This document shows, piece by piece, positions 9,402 through 19,451 of a DNA stretch of 64,000 bases. Within the stretch, counting starts at the first letter, position 1, and each line of letters begins with the position of its first letter. The stretch is from Armatimonadota bacterium (GTDB lineage: Bacteria; Armatimonadota; SYMT01): contig JBKBRF010000032.1 of the NCBI GenBank assembly GCA_046292385.1, positions 16,913 to 80,912 of the forward strand, read 5' to 3'. A program made the position numbers and the translations under genes. The notes below the pieces were generated by a model. The model was not told the DNA's origin. It searched no databases and saw only the letters and a program-made list of their open reading frames with translations.

Positions 9402-10457
9402 CTACTCGACCGGCACCTCCCGGCCCATCTCGCTGGAGCGGTAGATCGCGTCGATGATCTGCTGCGTCATCAGCGCCTGCTCGCCGGTGACCGGGACCTC
9501 GGTGTCGTCCAGGATCGCGTCGACGAACGCCTTGACCTCTTCCTCGTGCGTTTTCACTGCGGGAAGGAAGGCGGGCGTGGCGTCGATCAGCGTGCGGTGC
9601 TTCTCGAAGAACATCTTGCACGGGTTGTAGCTGCAGCCGCCTTCCGTGCCGTAGAGCTCCGTATCGAAGTGGTCCCGCGCCTCCTGGTTGGCGACGAATG
9701 CGGACTGCAGCGTGAGAGTGGCGCCGTTCTCGAAGCGGATCAGGCCGATGGCGAAGTCCTCCACGCTGAAGGTCGACGGATCCCACTGGCCGAGCAGCCC
9801 GAGAACGTCGCTGCGGTGCCCGAACTTGGCGTAGGTCTGCCCGGAGCAGTAGGTCGGCTTGGGGTGACCCATCAGCCAGAGGGTGAGGTCGAGGATGTGG
9901 ACCCCGATGTCGATCAGCGGCCCGCCGCCCTGCTTGTCCTTCTGCGTGAAGACGCCCCAGCCGGGAATGCCGCGCCGGCGCATCGCCTGGGCACGCGCGA
10001 AGTAGATCTCCCCCATCTCTCCGGCGTCGATGAACCGCTTCAGCGCCTGGGCGGCCGAGTTGAAGCGGGTCATGAAGCCGACCTGCAGCTTCTTGCCGCT
10101 GCGCCGGCCCGCCTCGACCATCGCCTTGCCCTCGATGGAGTTCATCGCGAGCGGCTTCTCGACCAGCACGTGCTTCCCCGCTTCCAGGGCGTCGATGGTC
10201 GGCTGCATGTGCAGGTAGTTCGGGGTGCAGATGCTTACCGCGTCGACCTCGTCCATCGCGAGGAGCTGCGTGTAGTCGTCGAAGACGTGCGGGATCCCGA
10301 ACTCGTCCGCGGTCCGCTGCGCCACTTCCCGGTTGATGTCCGCGCACGCCACGATCTCCACGCCGCGGTCCGCGCAGGCCTGATAACCCGGGAGGTGCGC
10401 CCCGCGCGCGATCCCCCCACTCCCGATGATGCCGATCCCTAGCTTCGCCAACTCCAT
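9402..10457 (-). CDS. Gfo/Idh/MocA-family oxidoreductase
   Basis: GIIGSGGIA Rossmann motif, CTPNYLH, HVLVEKPLA, GGGPLIDIGVH. Confidence 0.95.
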   Translation of the reverse strand: MELAKLGIGIIGSGGIARGAHLPGYQACADRGVEIVACADINREVAQRTADEFGIPHVFDDYTQLLAMDEVDAVSICTPNYLHMQPTIDALEAGKHVLVEKPLAMNSIEGKAMVEAGRRSGKKLQVGFMTRFNSAAQALKRFIDAGEMGEIYFARAQAMRRRGIPGWGVFTQKDKQGGGPLIDIGVHILDLTLWLMGHPKPTYCSGQTYAKFGHRSDVLGLLGQWDPSTFSVEDFAIGLIRFENGATLTLQSAFVANQEARDHFDTELYGTEGGCSYNPCKMFFEKHRTLIDATPAFLPAVKTHEEEVKAFVDAILDDTEVPVTGEQALMTQQIIDAIYRSSEMGREVPVE

Positions 10458-10490
10458 CCCCTCCCGCGAGTACGTGGTGCATCGAAACGG

Positions 10491-10616
10491 GCGAGGGATT
10501 GAAATCCCTCGCTAGACGGCCTGCGGCCACGCGTCCTCCGGACGCCCGAACCTGAATAGACGGGAAGTCCCCGCAGGGGACTTCGTGCGGTTGTTGCCGC
10601 GGTTTCAACCGCCGGG
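10491..10616. repeat. REP-like element with three hairpins
   Basis: GCGAGGGATT-GA-AATCCCTCGC (10491-10512), GAAGTCCCC-GCA-GGGGACTTC (10564-10584), GCGGTT-TC-AACCGC (10599-10612). Confidence 0.65.
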
Positions 10617-10618
10617 GC

Positions 10619-11632
10619 CTATGCCAACGAAACTTCCCGCCCCGATTGGGCGCTCTCCAGCCCCCGCTGCAGGATCTCCTGCGCGATCAGGCTCGTCTCC
10701 GCGCTGCACATGCCTTCCACCGGCGTGCCGGCTCGCAGGCAGCTCACCAGGTACTCGGCGCCGTTGCGGCGGCCGGGCTGCGGGCGGTCGAAGTCGATCC
10801 ATTCCGGCTCGCGGTCCAGCCGGCCGAGGCGGACGCGGTTGCCGACCACCGAAAGCGTGCCGGTAGCGCCGTAGAGCGCCGGGTTGGCGCCGCCGTCCGG
10901 CGCCTGCTGGGTCCACGACGCCTCGGCGATGCCGAACGCGTGCGGGTACTTCATCAGGATCACGGCGTTGTCATCGACCGGGAAGTCCGGCTTCACCAGC
11001 GTGCCCATGATCCCGACCACGCTCTCCGGCCGGCCCAGCCAGTGGGCTGCCATGTTGGCGCCGTAGCAGCAGTAGTCCATCAGCGCCCCCGCGCCGTTCC
11101 GCTGCGCGTCGTAGAGCCACTCGTAGAAGTAGGGCGTGCAGCCGATCTCCTTCGGCCCCTGGTGCGCGGCGAGGTACTTCGTCTTGTGCACCGCGCCGAT
11201 CGCGCCTTCCCGCACCAGGCGGTCGACCGTCTGGATCGCCGGGCTCCAGGCGGTGGGCCAGTTGATCATCAGCTCCACCCGCGCGCGGCGGCAGGCGTCG
11301 ACCATCCGCTGCGCCTGCTCCAGCGTGGCCGACATCGGCTTCTCGGACATCACGTGCACGCCGGCCGCCGCGGCAGCCTCCACGATCTCGACGGTCCCGG
11401 CGTTGTCGGTGGCGACGGTGACGATGTCGAGCCGCTCCCGCTCGAACATCTCCCGGTAGGAGGCGTAGACGTTCTGCGCCCCGTACTCAGACCGCACTTT
11501 CTCCAGCAGCGGCGCGTTCTCGTCGGACGCGGCCACCAGTTCCGCGCCCTCGAGCTCCTTCCACCACCGGAGCATGCCCCAGACGTGGTCGTGGATCAAC
11601 CCGGCCACGCCAACGCGGTAAGTCTCAGCCAT
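10619..11632 (-). CDS. Gfo/Idh/MocA-family oxidoreductase
   Basis: MAETYRVGVAG start; HVMSEKPMS; GAGALMDYCCYG; ORF-track extension to 12046 judged spurious. Confidence 0.9.
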   Translation of the reverse strand: MAETYRVGVAGLIHDHVWGMLRWWKELEGAELVAASDENAPLLEKVRSEYGAQNVYASYREMFERERLDIVTVATDNAGTVEIVEAAAAAGVHVMSEKPMSATLEQAQRMVDACRRARVELMINWPTAWSPAIQTVDRLVREGAIGAVHKTKYLAAHQGPKEIGCTPYFYEWLYDAQRNGAGALMDYCCYGANMAAHWLGRPESVVGIMGTLVKPDFPVDDNAVILMKYPHAFGIAEASWTQQAPDGGANPALYGATGTLSVVGNRVRLGRLDREPEWIDFDRPQPGRRNGAEYLVSCLRAGTPVEGMCSAETSLIAQEILQRGLESAQSGREVSLA

Positions 11633-11752
11633 GTAAATCGGTCTCCTCGCAGCACGATCGACGGTCCGGTCAGGTCGCCCAGACAGTTGGGCACGCAGGC
11701 AGGCGGGACCTTCCTTTCGGAGACGGAGAGACCTTCGGGGACAGAGGGGACG

Positions 11753-11850
11753 GCGCCCCGGAGGGGCGCGAGACGATAGCCGGGGTGCAAGCGCAGCGCA
11801 GCCCCCGGACTCACGCCGGCCCAACAGATCCGCCCCGGAGGGGCGGCGGA
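11753..11850. repeat. REP-like palindromic element, copy B (inverted relative to 9216-9312)
   Basis: Direct comparison with copy A; contains two CGCCCC-GGA-GGGGCG hairpins. Confidence 0.75.
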
Positions 11851-11876
11851 ACCGCCTCGCGGCTGAGGCAGCGCGG

Positions 11877-12707
11877 CTACAGCCCCGCGTAACCGTTGCC
11901 TTCCAGCCGCTGGAGGATCTGGAGGAGCCCTTCCACGACCTCCGCGTCGGCGTAGTAGTGAAGGTCCCGCAGGAACGGCCGGCCGTTGGCGGGGGCGGCG
12001 CGGTGGCCGACCACCTGGAGCCAGGCCTCGTCCGCGGCAGTGTCACCCACCCCGAGCACCTCTTCCGGCGCGAGGCCGGTCCATTCGAGCAGGAGGCGGA
12101 CCGCGGAGGCCTTGCTGACGCCGCGAGGGGTGATGTCGATGGCGGAGAGGCTGTGCTTCACCTCCACCACGTCGGCAAGCGGTGCCACGGCCGCCTCCAC
12201 CCGGGGGCGGAACTCGGCGGTCGACTGCCGCTCTCCCGTACCGGGGTCGAGAAGCGGAGGGTTCAGCGACAGGGAGAAGTCCTTTCCCGCCTCCAGCAGC
12301 GCGCCGGTTTCCCGCACCAACGGCTGGATCGCCTCGGCGCGGACCCGCTGGATCGTCTCGATCCACTCCGGCGTGAGGGCGGGATGGGCGTAGGGCGTCT
12401 TGGCAACCGGATCGTAGAAGTACGCCCCGTTCTCCAGGATCGAGGGCCAGGAGACGAGCGGCGGGCCGCCGGCCGCGCGCACCCGCTTCCGCACGTCGTC
12501 CGGCAGCGGCCGGAAGAGGCTCAGCGCCTGGACGATCGCCTCCCCGTACGGCTCCTGCCGTCCGGTGCAGAGCCCGCACGCGTACGGCGCCGCCGCGAGC
12601 ACACTCCGCAGCCGCAGCATCGTCTCCAGCGGCCACGGGTGCTGCGACCCGCCCGGCAGCGCGATCACGCCTTCGACGTCCAGGATCAGCAGTCGGACCA
12701 TCGCCAT
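11877..12707 (-). CDS. HAD-IIB (Cof/SPP-like) hydrolase
   Basis: LILDVEGVI, CTGR, ILENGA, IDITPRGVSKASA, GVGDTAAD motifs; starts 1 bp after the uvrA stop. Confidence 0.85.
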   Translation of the reverse strand: MAMVRLLILDVEGVIALPGGSQHPWPLETMLRLRSVLAAAPYACGLCTGRQEPYGEAIVQALSLFRPLPDDVRKRVRAAGGPPLVSWPSILENGAYFYDPVAKTPYAHPALTPEWIETIQRVRAEAIQPLVRETGALLEAGKDFSLSLNPPLLDPGTGERQSTAEFRPRVEAAVAPLADVVEVKHSLSAIDITPRGVSKASAVRLLLEWTGLAPEEVLGVGDTAADEAWLQVVGHRAAPANGRPFLRDLHYYADAEVVEGLLQILQRLEGNGYAGL

Positions 12708-12708
12708 C

Positions 12709-15700
12709 TCAGCTCGCGGAAGAGGCGGTATTGCGGGGGCGCTTCGGCTTGGCGGCGGCTTTGCCGTCGGCCTTCTTGCCATTCTCCGACGGAGAGGATT
12801 CCAGCGGGAGCGTGGTGGCGCCGGCGGCGTACTCTGCCTCGCCGCGCTCCAGGTAGCCGCGCTGGGCGAGGACCGTCTTCAGGAAGCGCCCGGTGTGGCT
12901 CGCCGGGATCTCCGCGATCTGCTCCGGGGTGCCGACGCCGACCACCGTCCCGCCGCCGTCGCCGCCTTCCGGACCCATGTCGATGATCCAGTCGGCGGTC
13001 TTGATCACGTCGAGGTTGTGCTCGATCACCAGGACGGTGTTGCCGGTCTCGACCAGCCGCGTCAGCACGCCGAGCAGCTTCTGGATGTCCCGGAAGTGGA
13101 GGCCGGTGGTCGGCTCGTCCAGGATGTAGAGCGTGCGGCCGGTGGAGCGGCGGCTCAGCTCGGAGGCGAGCTTCACGCGCTGCGCCTCCCCGCCGGAGAG
13201 GGTGGTGGCGGGCTGTCCCAGGCGGATATACTCCAGCCCCACGTCGCGGATCGTCGCCAGCTTGCGCGCGATCGGCGGGATGTTCTCGAAGAGCTGGTGC
13301 GCCTCCGCGACCGTCATCTCCAGCACCTCGGAGATGTTCTTGCCGCGGTAGCGGACCTCCAGCGTCTCCCGGTTGTAGCGCTTGCCCTTGCAGACCTCGC
13401 ACGGCACGTAGACGTCCGGCAGGAAGTGCATCTCGATTTTGATGATGCCGTCGCCCTTGCACGCCTCGCAGCGCCCGCCCTTCACGTTGAAGCTGAAGCG
13501 GCCCGGCTTGTAGCCGCGCACCTTCGCTTCCGGCGTGGCGGCGAAGAGGTCGCGGATCAGGTCGAACACCCCGGTATAGGTCGCCGGGTTGGAGCGCGGA
13601 GTGCGGCCGATCGGCGACTGGTCGATGTCGATCACCTTGTCGAGGTGCTCCGCTCCGAGCAGCTCGTCGTGCTCCCCCCAGACGGTGCGGGTGCCGAACA
13701 GCTTCTGCAGCAGGCGCGGATAGAGCGTCTCCTGGAGGAGGGTCGACTTGCCGGAGCCGGAGACGCCGGTGATCGCCACGAAGCAGCCGAGCGGGATCTT
13801 GATGTCGACGTTCTTCAGGTTGTGGGCCCGCGCGCCCTTCAACTCCAGGCACTTGCCGTTCGGCGCGCGGCGCTGGGCCGGCACGTCGATGCGGGCCAGG
13901 CCGGAGAGGAACATCCCGGTCACCGACTCGGGGTTCTCCGAGACCTCCTGCGGCGTGCCGGCGGCGACCAACTGCCCGCCCCCCTCGCCCGCGCCGGGTC
14001 CGATGTCGATCACCCAGTCGGCGGCCGCGATCGTCTCTTCGTCGTGCTCCACCACGATGATCGTGTTGCCAAGGTCGCGCAGCCGGACCAGCGTCTCGAT
14101 GAGGCGGCGGTTGTCCCGCTGGTGGAGCCCGATGGAGGGCTCGTCCAGGATGTAGAGCACGCCCATCAGCCCGGAGCCGATCTGCGTGGCGAGGCGGATG
14201 CGCTGCGCCTCTCCTCCCGCCAGCGTGGCCGCGGTGCGGTCGAGCGTGAGGTAGTGCAGGCCGACGTCGTTCAGGAAGCCGAGGCGGGTCTGGATCTCCT
14301 TCAGGATCTGGCGCCCGATGATCTGCTCCCGCTCGGAGAGCTCCAGCCCGGAGAGCCAGGCGAGCGATTTCCCGATCGAGAAGTGGGTGACCTGCGAGAC
14401 GTTGAGGCCGCCGACCTTCACCGCCAGCGACTCCGGCTTCAGGCGCGCCCCGCCGCACGCCTCGCAGGGGCGCGTCGACATATACCGCTCCAGGTCGTCC
14501 CGGATCATCTGGGAGCCGGTCTCCTGGTGCCGGCGCTGGAGCATCCCGATGACGCCCTCGAACTGCGCGTTGTAGCTTCGGCGGCGCCCGTGCGGGTTCA
14601 GGTAGGTGACCGCGACCGGCTCCGGCGCCCCGTGCAACAGGATCTCCCGCGCGCGCTCCGGCCACTTGCCGAGCTTCGTTTTCTCATCCGCGCCGTACTT
14701 GCGCGCCACGGAGCGCAGGATCTGCGTCACGTAGTCGCTGGTGGTCGAGGCGAACGGGATCACGCCGCCCTGGTCCAGACTCTTCTCCGGGTCGAGCACC
14801 AGGTTGGCGTCGAACTCGGTGTGGGTGCCGAGGCCGTGGCAGGAGGGGCAGGCGCCGTAGGGACTGTTGAACGAGAAGTTGCGCGGCGCGATCTCGTCCA
14901 GGCTGATCCCGCACTCGATGCAGGAGAAGTGCTCCGAGAAGGTCAGCTCCCCGCTCTGCGCCAGCGGCGTCCCGTCCCGCCGGGGCGGCTCCACCCCTTC
15001 CGGCACCTCGTAGAGGACCCCGAGGATGCCGGAGCTCAGGCGCAGCGCCGTCTCCACGCTCTCCGCCAGGCGGCTGCCGACGTCGTCCCGCCGCACCAGG
15101 CGGTCGACCACCACCTCGATCGTGTGCTGCTTGTACCGGTCGAGCTGGATGTCGTCAGTCACCTCGTGCATGGTGCCGTCGACCCGCACGCGGACGAAGC
15201 CCTGCTTGCGGATATCCTCCAGCACGCTCCGGTACTCCCCCTTCCGGCCGCGTACCACCGGTGCCAGCACCTGCAGCCGGGTGCGCTCCGGGAGCTCCAT
15301 CAGGGTATCGACCATCTGCTCCACGCTCTGCTGCGCGATGCGGCGGCCGCACTGCGGGCAGTGCGGGATGCCGATGCGGGCGAAGAGGAGGCGGAGGTAG
15401 TCGTAGATCTCCGTCACCGTGGCGACGGTGGAGCGCGGGTTGCGGGAGGTCGACTTCTGGTCGATCGAGACGGCCGGCGAGAGGCCCTCGATGTAGTCGA
15501 CGTCCGGCTTGTCCATCTGCCCGAGGAACTGCCGCGCGTACGCCGAAAGGCTCTCCACGTAGCGGCGCTGCCCCTCCGCGTAGATCGTGTCGAACGCCAG
15601 GCTCGACTTCCCGGAGCCGGAGACGCCGGTGATGACGACCAGCTTATCCCGGGGGATCTCCAGGCTGATGTTCTTCAGGTTGTGCTGGCGAGCGCCCTGG

Positions 15701-15723
15701 ATGGAGATGCGGTCGAGCGGCAT
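12709..15723 (-). CDS. uvrA: Excinuclease ABC subunit A
   Basis: [10 protein letters not shown], two GxSGSGKS Walker A motifs, zinc fingers, [21 protein letters not shown]. Confidence 0.99.
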   Translation of the reverse strand: MPLDRISIQGARQHNLKNISLEIPRDKLVVITGVSGSGKSSLAFDTIYAEGQRRYVESLSAYARQFLGQMDKPDVDYIEGLSPAVSIDQKSTSRNPRSTVATVTEIYDYLRLLFARIGIPHCPQCGRRIAQQSVEQMVDTLMELPERTRLQVLAPVVRGRKGEYRSVLEDIRKQGFVRVRVDGTMHEVTDDIQLDRYKQHTIEVVVDRLVRRDDVGSRLAESVETALRLSSGILGVLYEVPEGVEPPRRDGTPLAQSGELTFSEHFSCIECGISLDEIAPRNFSFNSPYGACPSCHGLGTHTEFDANLVLDPEKSLDQGGVIPFASTTSDYVTQILRSVARKYGADEKTKLGKWPERAREILLHGAPEPVAVTYLNPHGRRRSYNAQFEGVIGMLQRRHQETGSQMIRDDLERYMSTRPCEACGGARLKPESLAVKVGGLNVSQVTHFSIGKSLAWLSGLELSEREQIIGRQILKEIQTRLGFLNDVGLHYLTLDRTAATLAGGEAQRIRLATQIGSGLMGVLYILDEPSIGLHQRDNRRLIETLVRLRDLGNTIIVVEHDEETIAAADWVIDIGPGAGEGGGQLVAAGTPQEVSENPESVTGMFLSGLARIDVPAQRRAPNGKCLELKGARAHNLKNVDIKIPLGCFVAITGVSGSGKSTLLQETLYPRLLQKLFGTRTVWGEHDELLGAEHLDKVIDIDQSPIGRTPRSNPATYTGVFDLIRDLFAATPEAKVRGYKPGRFSFNVKGGRCEACKGDGIIKIEMHFLPDVYVPCEVCKGKRYNRETLEVRYRGKNISEVLEMTVAEAHQLFENIPPIARKLATIRDVGLEYIRLGQPATTLSGGEAQRVKLASELSRRSTGRTLYILDEPTTGLHFRDIQKLLGVLTRLVETGNTVLVIEHNLDVIKTADWIIDMGPEGGDGGGTVVGVGTPEQIAEIPASHTGRFLKTVLAQRGYLERGEAEYAAGATTLPLESSPSENGKKADGKAAAKPKRPRNTASSAS

Positions 15724-15742
15724 GACGGCGAGCCCCGGTAGA

Positions 15743-15780
15743 TCGAAAATCCGTTTGCGGTACGGCACTCGATTCTAACA
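15743..15780 (-). promoter_or_regulatory. Putative LexA (Gram-positive type) box plus extended -10 TGTTAGAAT of uvrA
   Basis: TCGAAA-ATCC-GTTTGC at 15743-15758 resembles GAAC-N4-GTTC; TAGAAT at 15772-15777 (minus). Confidence 0.6.
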
Positions 15781-15910
15781 CAAGCGTCCCCGGCCCTATG
15801 CAGTGCGACCGTCTCTCCCGTGACTCGTTCTGCGGAGGATTCCCGCCCGCCAGGATCGTAAGATTTCCTTTCAGGACAGATTTCTCCCGAAGCGTTCCAG
15901 GAGTACCCCC

Positions 15911-18124
15911 ATGGCGATGGAGATGGCACCCTCGCCCACCGGCGCGCCGGTGGTGCCGCCGAAGCTGACCCAGCCCAGCCCCGCTTACCGGCTCTGGGTG
16001 GGCCTGGTCCTGGCGAGTCTGTTCCTGTTCCTGGTCTTCTACGTGGGCCTGGTGGCAGGGACCGGCTACCTGCTCTATCTCTCGGTCGTCTTCCCGATCG
16101 ACCCTTCGGAGCGAGGGCAGATCTTCCTTAAGCTCGCCGTCATTGCCTCCGCGGCGATGCTCTTTCTCTTCCTGCTCAAGGGGTTGTTCAAGCGGCAGGA
16201 GCGCAGCCAGGACGGGATGGTGGAGATCACCGAGGCGGAGCAGCCGGAGCTGTACGCTTTCATCCGCCAGCTCTGCGCGGAGACGCGCGCCCCATTTCCG
16301 CACCGGGTCTTCCTGAGCCCGGAGGTCAACGCCGCCGTCTTCTACGATACCTCCCTGCTCAACCTGATCCTGCCGGTCAAGAAGAACCTGCTGATCGGCC
16401 TGGGGCTGGTGAACGTGCTGCCGATGACCGAGTTCCGCGCGGTGCTGGCCCACGAATTCGGGCACTTCTCTCAGAGCAGCATGGCGTTGGGGAGCTACGT
16501 CTACGTGGTGAACCGGATCATCGCGGACATGGTCTACGGCCGCGACTTCTGGGACGACTGGCTCCACCAGGCCAAGAAGCTCGACATCCGCCTCGCAATC
16601 ATCGCCTGGATCCTCGCCGGCCTGGTCTGGGTGGTGCGCCTCCTCCTGACCGGCGCCTTCCGCGTCATCAACCTGGCGGAGTCGGCGCTCTCCCGGCAGA
16701 TGGAGTTCCACGCCGACCTGGTGGCGGTGAGCGTGACCGGCAGCGACGCGCTGGTGCATGCCCTCTCGCGCCTCGAACTCGCCTCGCACGCCCTGGGGCA
16801 GGCGCAGCACGACCTTTCCGCTGCGCTGTCGCAAGGGCTCTACAGCCGCGACCTCTTCCATCACCACTCGCGCGCCATCGAGTACCTGCGGGCGCAGGCG
16901 AAGGACCCGAGCCTCGGCACGCCGCCGCCGCTGCCGGACGATCCGGCGCAGAAGTCGCGGGTCTTCGAGCCGGGCCAGGGCGAGCCGCCCTCCATGTGGG
17001 CCTCTCACCCCCCGAACTCCGACCGCGAGGAGAACGCCAAGCGGGACTACCTCCGCAGCGTGCTGGACGAGCGGTCGTCCTGGCTCCTCTTCCGGGACCC
17101 GGAGAAGCTGCGCGAGCGGGTTACCTCGGAGGCGTACCGCACCGGCCCCGGCCTGCCGGACGGCACGCAGCTCCGCGAGCCCTCCGAGGTACAGGCGTTC
17201 ATCGACGAGGAGCACGGCGAGACGACCTACGACGAGCGCTACCACGGCCTCTACGACGGCCGCTATCTCACACCCGGCAACGTGGACGAAGTGGTGGCCG
17301 CGATCCGCGCCACGCCGTGGCCGCGGGAGCGGATCGGCCAGGTCTACACCGCGCTCTACGCGGAAACCCTGAAGGAGCGGGCGGAGCAGCACTACCGCCG
17401 CATGAGCGAGCACCAGATGCTGGCGGGCCTGGACGACGGGGAGTACAAGCTCCGCGGCAAGGACTTCGAGTTCCGGGACGCCCGCTATCGAAAGGGGGAC
17501 GTCAAGCGGCTCCGCGAGCAGGTGGAGAAGGAGCTGGAGCAGGACTCCCTGTGGCTGGAGAAGTTCGACCGCGAGGTCTTTCTGGTCCACTTCCAGATGT
17601 CGTGCTACCTGGGCGGATCCGAGTCCGGCGAACTGCTCTCCCGCTACCGCTTCCACACCGGCGCGCAGGAGATCCTCCGGAACCTCGCCGGGGAGATGGC
17701 GCGCATGGAGCACGTGCTCGGCTACCTCCAGACACGCCCGGACATCGACGAGGCGACGCACAACGAAGTGATGGGACACTTCCGGACCGCCCGGGAGACC
17801 TACGGCACGGCGATACGGCAGGCGGCCGCACTGCCGCTCCCCCCGCTCAAGAACATGCAGGCGGGGATGCCGCTGAGCAGCTACCTCGCGGTCGGCGCCC
17901 CGGTGGCCGCGATCGCTCCCGACCAGAAGAACATCAATGGCGAGTGGATCGGCGCCTTCATGGAGCAGCTCGGCCAGGCGATCCACCGGGTCAAGCGGGT
18001 CCACTTCAAGAGCCTCGGCGGGATTCTCTCGCTCCAGGAGCGGATCGCCGCGGAGTGGCGCGAGGTGACCGGCACCCCGAAGCCGCCTGCCGCCCCCGGG
18101 GCCGATCCGTCGCCGGCAAGCTGA
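15911..18124 (+). CDS. M48-family (HtpX-like) membrane zinc metallopeptidase with long C-terminal extension
   Basis: TM helices, VNAAV, AVLAHEFGHF, SRQMEFHAD, SHPPNSDR motifs; SD AGGAG. Confidence 0.88.
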   Translation: MAMEMAPSPTGAPVVPPKLTQPSPAYRLWVGLVLASLFLFLVFYVGLVAGTGYLLYLSVVFPIDPSERGQIFLKLAVIASAAMLFLFLLKGLFKRQERSQDGMVEITEAEQPELYAFIRQLCAETRAPFPHRVFLSPEVNAAVFYDTSLLNLILPVKKNLLIGLGLVNVLPMTEFRAVLAHEFGHFSQSSMALGSYVYVVNRIIADMVYGRDFWDDWLHQAKKLDIRLAIIAWILAGLVWVVRLLLTGAFRVINLAESALSRQMEFHADLVAVSVTGSDALVHALSRLELASHALGQAQHDLSAALSQGLYSRDLFHHHSRAIEYLRAQAKDPSLGTPPPLPDDPAQKSRVFEPGQGEPPSMWASHPPNSDREENAKRDYLRSVLDERSSWLLFRDPEKLRERVTSEAYRTGPGLPDGTQLREPSEVQAFIDEEHGETTYDERYHGLYDGRYLTPGNVDEVVAAIRATPWPRERIGQVYTALYAETLKERAEQHYRRMSEHQMLAGLDDGEYKLRGKDFEFRDARYRKGDVKRLREQVEKELEQDSLWLEKFDREVFLVHFQMSCYLGGSESGELLSRYRFHTGAQEILRNLAGEMARMEHVLGYLQTRPDIDEATHNEVMGHFRTARETYGTAIRQAAALPLPPLKNMQAGMPLSSYLAVGAPVAAIAPDQKNINGEWIGAFMEQLGQAIHRVKRVHFKSLGGILSLQERIAAEWREVTGTPKPPAAPGADPSPAS

Positions 18125-18186
18125 TCCAACCCTCGGCCCTCGCCCGGCATTCTACGGATAGGGAGTACCGATCGGGAGAGGGCCGA

Positions 18187-18858
18187 ATGCAGACCTGGGG
18201 ACGGTTCGACTGGCTGCTGATTGTAATCGGGTATGTCGTTCCGGCGCTCGGGATTGGGTGGGTCGCCGTCCGCCTCTCCCGTGGTAAGGAAGCGCCATCC
18301 CGGCGAGAGCTCTGGCGGCGGCGGGCGCTGTTGGCCCTGGGAGCGGTTGCCGCCTATCCGGTGGCCCTGTTCGTCTTCACCTCCTTCTTCATCAAGCCGT
18401 ACTTCGGCAGCCTGGCGAAGATGCGGGCGGTCATCTGCCATTCCCACCTCAAACAGCTCTCGACCGCCCTGGCGCTTTATTTGGAGGAGTGGGACGAGAC
18501 CTACCCACCGGCCGACCGCTGGGGTGACCGGATCGCGACGTTCCTGCCGAATGAGGAACGCGAGGCCGCATTTCGCTGCCTGGGTACGCGCAGTCCCTAC
18601 GGTTACGCTCTCAACCGCGCGGTGGCGGGCCGCCCAGTGCGCGAGATCGCGGATCCGGAAACGGTGATCCTGGTAGAGCATGACGCTCGTACCCGGAACG
18701 AGACCGTCGAGCCGGGCACGACCCTCCCGAGCGATCGGCATGGCCGGTCGAAAGTCGCCCGCATGGATGGAAGCGTCCGGTCTATCACACCGACAGGTGA
18801 GGGGTCGCTGGTGTGGGACTCCCGCATTGCTCCGGCGGAGCTCGAGCCCTCCGACTGA
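18187..18858 (+). CDS. Membrane-anchored hypothetical protein, DUF1559/prepilin-associated-like
   Basis: Two TM helices then CHSHLKQLSTAL..Y..EWDETYP, YGYALN, and C-terminal RHGRSKVARMDG (H-x8-DG). Confidence 0.6.
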   Translation: MQTWGRFDWLLIVIGYVVPALGIGWVAVRLSRGKEAPSRRELWRRRALLALGAVAAYPVALFVFTSFFIKPYFGSLAKMRAVICHSHLKQLSTALALYLEEWDETYPPADRWGDRIATFLPNEEREAAFRCLGTRSPYGYALNRAVAGRPVREIADPETVILVEHDARTRNETVEPGTTLPSDRHGRSKVARMDGSVRSITPTGEGSLVWDSRIAPAELEPSD

Positions 18859-18963
18859 CGCCGCGCCACCGCAGGGCGTTCCACGTAGACTCCGACCCGC
18901 GCTGCTCCGTAGAATGCGGGGGCGGGCAGCGTGGCCTGCAAGCGCCTTCGCGGAGACACGACG

Positions 18964-19410
18964 ATGTGCCGGTATGCAATGTACCCCTACATGGAGCACT
19001 ACGCCTGCTTCGCCTGCCGGCGGATGTTCCGGCGGCCGTGGCGGGAGGGCGAGGTGCCCTGCCCCCGCTGCGCCGGACCGATGCACGACCTGGGAAAGGA
19101 CTTCAAGCCGCCGCAGCACCGGGACCGGGAGCAGTGGGCGAAGGTGGGGCTGCTCTTCCGGAAGGGGGTTACGTTCCACTCCTGCGGGTGCGGCGGACCG
19201 GGACCCCGCCCGGCCCGGCTGCGGGACGTGGAGCCGTTTCTCATGGAGCAGGCCACGGCGGCGGATCGCCGCGAGCGGGAGCGGCGGTGGATCGACCAGG
19301 AGATCCGCTGGAAACAGATCCGGAACCGCACGGTGCGGCACCGCCGGGAGAAGGCGTTCGCGGAGCTGATCCGGGGGCAGCGGCTTGAGGTGAGCGCCGT
19401 CGAGGCATAA
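18964..19410 (+). CDS. Conserved hypothetical Cys-rich (zinc-ribbon) protein
   Basis: MCRY..HYACFACRRMF..CPRC..MHDLGKDFKPP..FHSCGCGGPG pattern; good codon bias. Confidence 0.65.
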   Translation: MCRYAMYPYMEHYACFACRRMFRRPWREGEVPCPRCAGPMHDLGKDFKPPQHRDREQWAKVGLLFRKGVTFHSCGCGGPGPRPARLRDVEPFLMEQATAADRRERERRWIDQEIRWKQIRNRTVRHRREKAFAELIRGQRLEVSAVEA

Positions 19411-19451
19411 CGCCCTGGAGTTTGGCACGGCCGCTTCCGCCGCCCACCCCG

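Noticed and set aside
12565..15741. Long antisense ORFs (also 81-1934 +, 15644-18004 -, 35775-39143 -, 39500-42397 -, 45727-48303 +, 54191-58399 +)
   Set aside because: They shadow well-supported genes on the other strand, as expected from high-GC codon bias, and show no recognisable motifs
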